A stretch of DNA of 25,777 nucleotides from a virus (lineage: Duplodnaviria; Caudoviricetes), in the IMG/VR virus record IMGVR_UViG_3300012173_000082, positions 1 to 25,777 of that record. One strand, 5' to 3'. The notes beneath the pieces were generated by a model. It searched no databases. It was given only the letters and a program-made list of their open reading frames with translations, and was not told the origin of the DNA. This document shows, piece by piece, positions 1 through 7,228 of this stretch. A program made the translations under genes and the position numbers. How positions within the stretch are numbered: the first letter of the stretch is position 1; each line of letters begins with the position of its first letter.

Positions 1-216
1 AGCAGAAGCAGCAGAAGCAGCAGCAGAAGCAGCATCATCTTGATTACTGATATTTATATCAATTTTCCACAACCTCTTTTTATTCCAGCGTAATAGCCAT
101 AACATCCAATCACCCTTATTACAAGTATTCCAAGCTTCTTGAATCGAGTTTGTCCGTCTTGCCCAAATTAATGCTGCTGGGCAAGCTTCATTTGCAATTG
201 CATCAGTCCAGTGCAT
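1..216 (-). CDS. Hypothetical phage protein (partial, runs off the left edge), Trp/Cys-rich N-terminus followed by an Ala/Ser repeat
   Basis: Not in the ORF track. My translation from ATG at 216 is MHWTDAIANEACPAALIWARRTNSIQEAWNTCNKGDWMLWLLRWNKKRLWKIDINISNQDDAASAAASAASA..., open to base 1. Strong RBS (AAGGAG) lies just upstream and the start overlaps the end of the 203-427 gene. Confidence 0.85.
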   Translation of the reverse strand, partial: MHWTDAIANEACPAALIWARRTNSIQEAWNTCNKGDWMLWLLRWNKKRLWKIDINISNQDDAASAAASAASA

Positions 217-427
217 GATTTATCTCCTTTCCGAAGTTGAATGGAACACGATGAATATCACCAATGCAGCGGTGAGAGGAAGGATAGATTACTTCCGATA
301 CTCTCACCATCATGGAAAGGCTGGGGAAATTGATGCCTACAACCTTTCCACGAAACCACGAGTATTCAATGATGCTGCCAATGGTGAAGTAGGTCGCTTT
401 TGTTGTAAGTTCGGTGGCGACCATCAT
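203..427 (-). CDS. Small hypothetical protein (74 aa)
   Basis: Fills the gap between two well-supported minus-strand genes and starts 6 nt after the stop of the 434-1147 gene. RBS is weak. Confidence 0.65.
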   Translation of the reverse strand: MMVATELTTKATYFTIGSIIEYSWFRGKVVGINFPSLSMMVRVSEVIYPSSHRCIGDIHRVPFNFGKEINHALD

Positions 428-433
428 ATTTGC

Positions 434-1147
434 TTACTCAAGACCAAGATTCAGTGCAATCAAATCAGGGTCTTGTGCAGCGATTGCATCAGTGAGCTTG
501 GAGTCAAGGCTGCGATAGACTCGATGTTCAATGTCCTCAGTGAGATGTAGAACATTTTGCAGTTGTTTTGCAATCTTTTGGCTCAGTCCGGCCTTTGGTG
601 CAGCAAGACTGCTGAAGCTGGTGCGATAGTTAGTAACTGCATCAGCGATTGCTTTTTCTTGTTGTGGTGTTGGAGTTGCATCAGCGGAAATCTTCATTAC
701 AACAGCAACACGAAGGGTAAGAATATCCGCGAGAGACTCATCAAACCAGTCGTGGATTTGTTCCTTCGTAAGTTTACCGCTTGATACATTATCCGCAGCA
801 AACTTAGCAACCGCTTCAATGTTGATTTGATCTGCCATCAGAGTTATGACAGACTTTTTTTCATCGAGTGCAGTTATTACCAGATCACGGATGAGTGCAT
901 CTTGAATGTCGTAGAATGCATTTTGCCACGCTTCGCTCAGGTTATCCGGTGTGCTGTGGACTTTGATTTTCGGAATTGCAATGCATCGTGCATCAGGCTT
1001 TTTGTAGGATGCATCGTTCTTCTTTGCTTTCGGAGTTTTGAAGTTGATCTCACTGAGGCGGAATCCATCAGGTGCTTTGGATTTGCTTGTGAGTAGATCA
1101 ACGGTGAAGAAGCCAGATTCAGAGGCGAGAGTGTTTTCGGTATTCAT
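434..1147 (-). CDS. Hypothetical protein (237 aa), probable distant paralogue of 9017-9748
   Basis: The ORF track starts at 1270, but a GGAG RBS precedes the ATG at 1147 (MNTENT...) and the upstream part overlaps another gene. Long open frame. Confidence 0.85.
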   Translation of the reverse strand: MNTENTLASESGFFTVDLLTSKSKAPDGFRLSEINFKTPKAKKNDASYKKPDARCIAIPKIKVHSTPDNLSEAWQNAFYDIQDALIRDLVITALDEKKSVITLMADQINIEAVAKFAADNVSSGKLTKEQIHDWFDESLADILTLRVAVVMKISADATPTPQQEKAIADAVTNYRTSFSSLAAPKAGLSQKIAKQLQNVLHLTEDIEHRVYRSLDSKLTDAIAAQDPDLIALNLGLE

Positions 1148-1199
1148 AGGTGCAAAGTCTCCAGTATGATTGAGATTAAAGTTGCTTTTGTGATTGAGG

Positions 1200-1364
1200 T
1201 TAAGACTGTGGTGTGTCTTGTCGGAGTTGTTCTTCCGCAAGTTCTTCTTGTTCTTGCACATCGCAAACAAGTTGAGCTATCATTGCCCAACGTGCAGCAA
1301 CAGTTAGATTATGCATGTTGGTAATAACTGCGATGTTGATGAGTAGGTCAGCGTAGTTAGGCAT
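1200..1364 (-). CDS. Small hypothetical protein (54 aa, MPNYADLL...)
   Basis: GGAG RBS before the ATG at 1364; the longer ORF-track start overlaps a hairpin and the upstream gene. Confidence 0.65.
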   Translation of the reverse strand: MPNYADLLINIAVITNMHNLTVAARWAMIAQLVCDVQEQEELAEEQLRQDTPQS

Positions 1365-1409
1365 TAGTATCTCCAATGAAGTAAGATGAATTGATAGCAG
1401 CAAAATTGC

Positions 1410-1455
1410 CACTATCTCACAGCAGCCAAAAGTGAGTAGCTGCTGGAAGATAGCG
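1410..1455 (-). other. Intergenic stem-loop (possible RNase III processing site or attenuator)
   Basis: CACTATCT 1410-1417 pairs with AGATAGCG 1448-1455 (one G-U on the minus-strand RNA); CAGCAGC 1420-1426 pairs with GCTGCTG 1439-1445. It lies directly after the stop of 1457-1693. Confidence 0.55.
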
Positions 1456-1456
1456 A

Positions 1457-1693
1457 TTATGTTCCAATCTTTGTTGCTCCGACTTTTCGCAGTATCCACT
1501 GTTTCCCTGCGCCATATACTGCGAATACGGCATCCGGATACTTGGATTCATCAGATACTTCAACGACAGTAGTTGATGAACCAACTTTACGTTGAATCGC
1601 ACGGAGTGCTCTTTTCAGCATTGCACCACGAGATTTGGTGTTATATTCTTGAAACCGTGAATCAGTGATGAACTGGATTTTAAGCAGATTCAT
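1457..1693 (-). CDS. Small basic hypothetical protein, first gene of the leftward operon
   Basis: AGGAG RBS; lies ~40 nt downstream of a good sigma70 promoter. Confidence 0.8.
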   Translation of the reverse strand: MNLLKIQFITDSRFQEYNTKSRGAMLKRALRAIQRKVGSSTTVVEVSDESKYPDAVFAVYGAGKQWILRKVGATKIGT

Positions 1694-1735
1694 GATTATC
1701 TCCTATCTATGATTAACTCTCTACTACACAGCGTA

Positions 1736-1764
1736 ATGATAGCATATCGCACGGAGTGAGTCAA
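1736..1764 (-). promoter_or_regulatory. Leftward sigma70-type promoter
   Basis: Minus strand reads TTGACT-17 nt-TATCAT with an extended -10 TG. Confidence 0.8.
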
Positions 1765-1771
1765 GGACTTG

Positions 1772-1873
1772 CCATCATGCACACAAATAGTTTGATTCTG
1801 CCATACGAAGTATATTCGTTTATTAGCTGCGAAGCAGCTCTATTGCAGAATCTCATTTGTGGCTCTATGATGG
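1772..1873. other. Branched stem-loop structure
   Basis: Nested pairings CCATCAT/ATGATGG, CACAAAT/ATTTGTG and GATTCTGC/GCAGAATC enclose two hairpins, ACGAA/TTCGT and AGCTGC-GAA-GCAGCT. Confidence 0.6.
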
Positions 1874-1876
1874 TGG

Positions 1877-1957
1877 AGTGTAGCATCATCTACCTCCCAT
1901 CGGCTGCACTGTTGATTCCGGTTATAATCAGCCGTAATTAGTAGATGATGCTACACT
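1877..1957. repeat. Perfect 17-bp inverted repeat with an internal stem
   Basis: AGTGTAGCATCATCTAC 1877-1893 / GTAGATGATGCTACACT 1941-1957; inner CGGCTG/CAGCCG. Confidence 0.85.
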
Positions 1958-1963
1958 TCATCC

Positions 1964-1990
1964 TTGACTCCGAGTATGATATGGTATCAT
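1964..1990 (+). promoter_or_regulatory. Promoter-like inverted copy of the leftward promoter (short spacer)
   Basis: TTGACT 1964-1969 and TATCAT 1985-1990, with only a 15-nt spacer. It shares TCCTTGACTC and GATATG-N-TATCAT with the 1736-1764 promoter. Confidence 0.35.
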
Positions 1991-2215
1991 GGTGCGACGT
2001 AGTAGAGTAAGATATACTCGATGATTGCATACGAGCTAACTTGTGTAGGTTTTGTTCTTTGGACTTTGATGTATTGTGAGCGGCCACGCGAACACATACT
2101 TTGTAGTTGCAGTTGTTCTTCTTTGTTATGGTGGTTACAATGCAGTTTGTAGTAAACACTTTTGCCTTTTCTTTTGATCTTAGCTGCATAGCAGCGTTGT
2201 AGGTTTTAGCGGGGA

Positions 2216-2256
2216 AGAGTCCAGAGAAACGAGCGCAGCGGTGTTTCTTTGGCTCT
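2216..2256. other. Imperfect stem-loop
   Basis: AGAG-T-CCAGAGAAAC ... GTTTCTTTGG-CTCT. Confidence 0.5.
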
Positions 2257-2321
2257 GCAAACTGCGTAATACTTCAACAAGGTGATAAGTAAACATAGTA
2301 ATAGATTGCAACTGTAGCAAG

Positions 2322-2603
2322 TAATCCCCATGTTCCAGTTGTGCTCAATGTGACGTATGTGACACTGTGACGTGCCAGTATCTATCCCTATACATCGGGT
2401 CTGCTAAGAGTATCTACTGTATAGGCATAGTAGATAGTAGGGTGTTTTTATGTTTACTTTTTAGATCTACCGAAGAATATACCCGTGGAGATAGGAACTG
2501 TAGAGAACAATAGAATACAGCAGGAGACTGCCTGTACGGGGAAAGAGGGGAGTAGCACAGGTTCACATTGGGAACATTGAGCACAAATAGCACAAAGGGA
2601 TTA
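2322..2603. repeat. Two inverted arrays of five phased TGTNNN repeats, putative replication origin
   Basis: Left TGT(G/T)NN units at 2331, 2340, 2349, 2358, 2366 (spacing 9,9,9,8); right inverted units at 2554, 2562, 2571, 2580, 2589 (8,9,9,9); outer TAATCCC 2322-2328 / GGGATTA 2597-2603. Confidence 0.7.
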
Positions 2604-2649
2604 GGCTACATAGTAAATCTAACAGACTCACTAACAGAAAAAAAATCGC

Positions 2650-2678
2650 TTGACACGCTTTGCAACCTGTGAGACAAT
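2650..2678 (+). promoter_or_regulatory. Rightward sigma70-type promoter
   Basis: TTGACA 2650-2655, 17-nt spacer, TG-n-GACAAT 2673-2678, upstream A-tract (UP-element-like). It precedes the rightward arm. Confidence 0.8.
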
Positions 2679-2757
2679 TGTTATTCCAGGTAGCAATACG
2701 TCCGCTACTCTGGTGGATAGATAGTAAATTGATAACGTAAAGTAAATGGAGATATTC

Positions 2758-2967
2758 ATGCATATAGAACCTGTAAATCCTAACATCGTAATCTACGATC
2801 CTATTCACGACGGAGAATTACATGTAGAAGTAAAACAAGAACACCAAGGAACTGAAGTAATTTTTCAGTTTACTTTTAATTACTGTCCTAGACCTAAAAC
2901 ACCTCACGTAGCTAAACATGTTCTTCTCGAAGCCGCTAAGTTTATAGCAAACCATATTACATTATAA
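2758..2967 (+). CDS. Small hypothetical protein
   Basis: GGAG at 2748-2751 supports the ATG at 2758; first gene after the promoter. Confidence 0.75.
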   Translation: MHIEPVNPNIVIYDPIHDGELHVEVKQEHQGTEVIFQFTFNYCPRPKTPHVAKHVLLEAAKFIANHITL

Positions 2968-2987
2968 TTAACCTGGAGATTCTTCTT

Positions 2988-4076
2988 ATGCGAGTTTATT
3001 GTCAATACTCCGGTATAAGCTATAATATTACCGGATTCGGTAGCACTGATCTTACATATATTCATCCAATTTTTGCTGCGGAACCTAAGTGGCTGCTAAG
3101 TAGAATGGGACACTGGGCCGCCCAAAAATACACTGAAGAAGAATGCAGACTTTTATTCTTAGCTCTTCTTCACAGCACAGAGTTAGTTGAATTTAGAGCT
3201 ACTGCTGTGCCAGAGAATCGAACAGTGCAGCTTAATATGGAGCAGCTATCTCGCTTTGTTGCTTGGATGACTGGACTTAGCAGACCTCAGCTTGTTCTTC
3301 CTAAGTTTGCTATTCAGCCAGATAACAGAAAGCTCCCAAATATACGTTACTGGCTGGAAGTATGGCAAAAAGCTAGAACTGATTTTGAATCTGGCTATAT
3401 TGCTACCAGTGAACTTCGTAAGTTAAGAGACAAGGAAGTTGCTCTTGAGCGTCTTATTCGCACAAGCACAAAACAAGTAGAAGATTATGCTGGCTTACTA
3501 GCAAGTTGGGCAATGCAAGCTGCTAATGTTCCAAAGGGACTGCAAGATTACTGGCGTAGTTTATTTCTACTTAAAGGAATTAAAGTATATGAAGCTCGCC
3601 AAGTTGATCTGCAAGAACTGGTAGAACACATGGAAGAATACTTGGAACATGGTAGCATCTTTGCACAAGCTACTATGGAACACGTAAGACTATTAACTAA
3701 AAAGAACTCCGCTGGTCTTACTTACGGTCTTGGTCTTACTGATGCCGACCTTGCTGATCTAGACTCTTCACCTTTTACAATTGTAGAGGGTAGTATTGAA
3801 CAGCATAACATAAACGTTCTTGTTGCTGCTGCACCAGAAGAAGAACCAAAAGCCGTAGACTTTGCTAGTAGGGTGCAGTATCTTAGAGCACATGCAGGAT
3901 GGAAACTAGCTCAGCGCGCCAAGCAATATGCGGCTGATTTTACCCAACATGTTGAAACTACCTTAGCTGAAGATGAGGAAACTAATCTTATCGCTGAGGA
4001 AGAGGAAGAAATAAACGATCAACCAGATATTATCTTAGATAACCCAACCAATGAACAGGAGTCAGACGATGAATAA
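2988..4076 (+). CDS. Hypothetical phage protein (362 aa), mostly helical with an acidic C-terminal tail
   Basis: Long ORF with a GGAG RBS; no recognised catalytic motif. Confidence 0.9.
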   Translation: MRVYCQYSGISYNITGFGSTDLTYIHPIFAAEPKWLLSRMGHWAAQKYTEEECRLLFLALLHSTELVEFRATAVPENRTVQLNMEQLSRFVAWMTGLSRPQLVLPKFAIQPDNRKLPNIRYWLEVWQKARTDFESGYIATSELRKLRDKEVALERLIRTSTKQVEDYAGLLASWAMQAANVPKGLQDYWRSLFLLKGIKVYEARQVDLQELVEHMEEYLEHGSIFAQATMEHVRLLTKKNSAGLTYGLGLTDADLADLDSSPFTIVEGSIEQHNINVLVAAAPEEEPKAVDFASRVQYLRAHAGWKLAQRAKQYAADFTQHVETTLAEDEETNLIAEEEEEINDQPDIILDNPTNEQESDDE

Positions 4077-4410
4077 GCTATCTAGTAACCAAATACCTCT
4101 TACTGAATCTGAATGTGCCATTGCTGGTGGCTCATGGATTCTACCGCAAAGTATTGTCCAACAGTTAGATGCATTCTTTCTGTTGCATGATACTTGGGAT
4201 TCTATTAAGGATGATATTCGTAGCTTTCCTGAACAATATCGTTTTGCTCTGGAGGAAGGTGGAAAGCTTTATACAGTTGTGCTTAAGAACTCAGTAAAAC
4301 GACTAGCTGAGGCTGAAGATATCGGTCTTAGCTTTCGTCGCTGTGAAAAAGCACATTTGGGAGTAGTATTGATTAAAGTCTGGAAAAAAGACAGTAAAGG
4401 AGCACAGTAA
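4069..4410 (+). CDS. Hypothetical protein
   Basis: AGGAG RBS before the ATG at 4069, overlapping the upstream stop. Confidence 0.8.
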   Translation: MNKLSSNQIPLTESECAIAGGSWILPQSIVQQLDAFFLLHDTWDSIKDDIRSFPEQYRFALEEGGKLYTVVLKNSVKRLAEAEDIGLSFRRCEKAHLGVVLIKVWKKDSKGAQ

Positions 4411-4412
4411 TC

Positions 4413-6815
4413 ATGGCTAAGCAACCTATTACTCCAGAACGTGTAAGAGAGCTTCTTGCTTCTGCACGTGCTCAAACCAGTAGGCAGCTAGCACAAGAGC
4501 TACGTAATTTAGAAATTGTTCTTGAAATTAATCGAGCACAACTTGATGTTAGCAATCTTGGTATTACTGCTGAGAATATATATACCGAAGAAGCAGCAGA
4601 AACTGTTGCTAATGTTATCGAAGCAGCAGCAACGCCGCCTGAGATAACACCTATTCCACTATCACAAGATGCACCTGTGCGTAAAATCTTAGGTGTAGCT
4701 CGTGACGATATTGTTTATAATTCTCTCCAGCAACAGTTTATTGATTCTGGTCTTGCTGGAAAGGATGTTGTTCTTATCGGTGCTGCTGGCACAGGTAAAA
4801 CAACCTGTCAGCGTGGATTAGGTAAAGCTCTTATTGCCTCTGGGCGCATACCAATTCTGGGCCGATCAACTAAGTGGCTCCGAGAAACACTTCCTGGCAT
4901 CGCAGTTTGCAGCTTTACTAATAAAGCTGTAAATACTATTCGTCATGCACTGCCAGAGGAAATAAAGCCTCATGCACTTACTATTCATAAGCTACTAGAG
5001 TTTGCTCCTGTATTTTATGAAGTAGAAGATCCAGATAATCCTGGAGAATTTAAAAAGACTATGCGCTTTGAACCTTCGCGCACAAGATATAATCCTCTAC
5101 CATCTACTCTTAAGCTGATTATCTTTGAAGAATCTAGTATGATTGGTTATGGATTGCACGATCAACTACTAGATGCTTGTCCGCATAAACCACAGCTTAT
5201 CTATCTTGGAGATATTCAACAGCTTCCTCCCATTTTTGATAGTGCTATCCTTGGCTTTAAGATGCTAGAACTTCCAGTAATCGAGCTTACAGAAGTCTAT
5301 CGCCAAGCACGTAATTCTCCTGTTATTGATCTTGCATGGAAGTTACTTGAAGGTGATGCAAGCATCTTTAACAGTCGTGCTAAACAATACACTGCTACCC
5401 TTCCATCTGGTAAGGAAGCTAAACGTATTCGTATTCCTGCATTACAGGCTCTTAGCCGGGAGAATGAAGATGGTAAAGTTATCTTTCAACCTTGGCAGAA
5501 ACAACTCTCTAAGGAAAACGGACTCAACACAGCAGTTAAACAATTCAATTCATGGGCAGATTCGGGGTATTATAACTTTGATGATGACATTATTCTTTGC
5601 CCTTTTAACGTATCTTTTGGAACACTGGAAATAAATAAAGGTATTAGTCAACATTTGGGCCGCAAGCGTAAAGCTACTGTGCATGAAGTAGTAGCTGGAT
5701 ATAATAAACACTATCTTGCAGAAGGAGATCGGGTCCTTTATGCTAAGGAAGATGCTAAGATACTTAAGATTGCTCGTAATGGTGAGTATCTAGGCAAATC
5801 TTTCCAACCTCCTAGTGAATACTTAGATCGCTGGGGTTATCTTCGCACCGAAGATATGGATAAAGATGCGCTAGATGAACATAAGCAACACCAGCAAGAG
5901 GAAGCAGATGAATTTGATCTGGAAGCAATAGATAAGTATCTCGCTGCTGCTGCTGCGGAAACTGAAGAACGAGTAACATCTGCTAGTCATATTATAGATA
6001 TCGAACTTTTAGCTACCGGAGAAGCTGTTACTTTAGAAACAGCATCCGAAGTTAATGCTCTACTTGGAGGTTACTGTATTACTGTGCATAAAGCGCAAGG
6101 CAGTGAGTGGGATAAGGTGTTCTTACTTATGCATCATAGCCATGCAACAATGAATCAAAGGGAGCTGCTCTATACCGCAGTAACTAGAGCAAAACGTCAT
6201 CTACATATTATCTGCGAACCTAGCACATTTGAAAAAGGTATTCGCAGCCAGAAGATTAAAGGTAATACTCTCGCAGAAAAGGCTGAAGAATTTAAAGGTA
6301 AGCTACAAGAGCGAGAAATAGCACTTCTTGCTAAAGCTAAAGTTGCTGCTGGACAGCAAGATGCTATGACTATTGCATTCTCTATGGTGCCAGAGTGGGA
6401 TAGTATTGCTCATGATACTGTAGCTCACTGGTGGAAGATAGCGAATAAATGGTGGCCAGAGAAACTAACTTCTAAGAAACAGCCTGAATTTGGCTGGCGT
6501 ATTAGAGGCAGTAGTGCTGGATGTGCAACATACGGTAGTAACTCTATTACCTGTTCTCCAGTATATCTGTTCATTGCTCCTAATGATATGATTAGTGATA
6601 CTATTCCTCATGAAGTAGCTCATATTGTATCTAATCATGTTTACGGAGACAAAGGACACGGATTTGGCTGGAAACGAGTAATGGAGAAGTTTGGTAGAAA
6701 TGCAGTAGAATCTCGCTGTCACAATCTTGGCAGCTTACCAAGCGCCTTGAGGAAGATTCTAACTGATGCAGATAACGAACTTAAAGGAAAGATAGAAAAA
6801 GATGAATGCGAATAA
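4413..6815 (+). CDS. RecD/Dda-like SF1B helicase fused to a C-terminal SprT-like zinc metalloprotease domain
   Basis: Helicase motifs GAAGTGKT, SFTNKA, IIFEESSMI, GDIQQLPPI, LTEVYRQ, GYCITVHKAQGSEW and LLYTAVTRAK. The C-terminus has RGSSAGCA...TIPHEVAHIV...GHGFGWKRVM...RCH, the SprT pattern. Confidence 0.92.
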   Translation: MAKQPITPERVRELLASARAQTSRQLAQELRNLEIVLEINRAQLDVSNLGITAENIYTEEAAETVANVIEAAATPPEITPIPLSQDAPVRKILGVARDDIVYNSLQQQFIDSGLAGKDVVLIGAAGTGKTTCQRGLGKALIASGRIPILGRSTKWLRETLPGIAVCSFTNKAVNTIRHALPEEIKPHALTIHKLLEFAPVFYEVEDPDNPGEFKKTMRFEPSRTRYNPLPSTLKLIIFEESSMIGYGLHDQLLDACPHKPQLIYLGDIQQLPPIFDSAILGFKMLELPVIELTEVYRQARNSPVIDLAWKLLEGDASIFNSRAKQYTATLPSGKEAKRIRIPALQALSRENEDGKVIFQPWQKQLSKENGLNTAVKQFNSWADSGYYNFDDDIILCPFNVSFGTLEINKGISQHLGRKRKATVHEVVAGYNKHYLAEGDRVLYAKEDAKILKIARNGEYLGKSFQPPSEYLDRWGYLRTEDMDKDALDEHKQHQQEEADEFDLEAIDKYLAAAAAETEERVTSASHIIDIELLATGEAVTLETASEVNALLGGYCITVHKAQGSEWDKVFLLMHHSHATMNQRELLYTAVTRAKRHLHIICEPSTFEKGIRSQKIKGNTLAEKAEEFKGKLQEREIALLAKAKVAAGQQDAMTIAFSMVPEWDSIAHDTVAHWWKIANKWWPEKLTSKKQPEFGWRIRGSSAGCATYGSNSITCSPVYLFIAPNDMISDTIPHEVAHIVSNHVYGDKGHGFGWKRVMEKFGRNAVESRCHNLGSLPSALRKILTDADNELKGKIEKDECE

Positions 6816-7228
6816 AACGGAAATCACAAAAGTAACTCCTGCTCCTAAAACAGTATATTTAGGAACTCCTCGTTTTCCGGATAGAACCACAATAATACTA
6901 ACAACAGATAACCATCTTATTACCCCCCTTAGAGGATTATTTTAGTATTTCCTGCCCGGTTAGGGAAGAGTTTACTAGATGGATAAATTATGAACTTTAT
7001 AATTCTAGTTTGTGGAGTCCGCGTATTATGTCTAGGTCTAATCCAATTAAACAAGAGTATATTGCTTGTCATAAACTTAGGCCAGAACTTTGGGCACCGT
7101 CTTGGAAGATTAATGTATCGCAGGATTGTATTAATGTATACTTATATCCTAGCTATAAACTTAAAAAGATATACATTCGCAAAGGACTCAGCATAAATAT
7201 TAAACAAGAACGATTGGAAGTATGCTAA
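6802..7228 (+). pseudogene. Probable single gene split by a +1 frameshift
   Basis: ORF 6802-6945 (MNANKTEITK...) overlaps a second frame that is open 6902-7228 and lacks a good start/RBS. Confidence 0.45.

Noticed and set aside
215-1096. Plus-strand ORFs 215-550, 557-784 and 827-1096
   Set aside because: Antisense shadows of RBS-supported minus-strand genes.
1772-1873. Hammerhead ribozyme or tRNA in the branched structure
   Set aside because: No CUGANGA/GAAA core and no T-loop or cloverleaf on either strand.
1756-2189. ORFs 1756-1941(+) and 1938-2189(-)
   Set aside because: No RBS, low-complexity or odd composition, and they overlap promoters and hairpins.
2322-2603. CRISPR array or IS terminal repeats
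   Set aside because: Units are ~6 bp at 8-9-bp spacing with no spacers, and there is no transposase.
2563-2808. Minus-strand ORF of 81 aa
   Set aside because: Crosses the rightward promoter and repeat array; no RBS.
6943-6980. Three in-frame TAG codons suggesting amber recoding
   Set aside because: All long genes are intact under the standard code, and another frame is open across this stretch.
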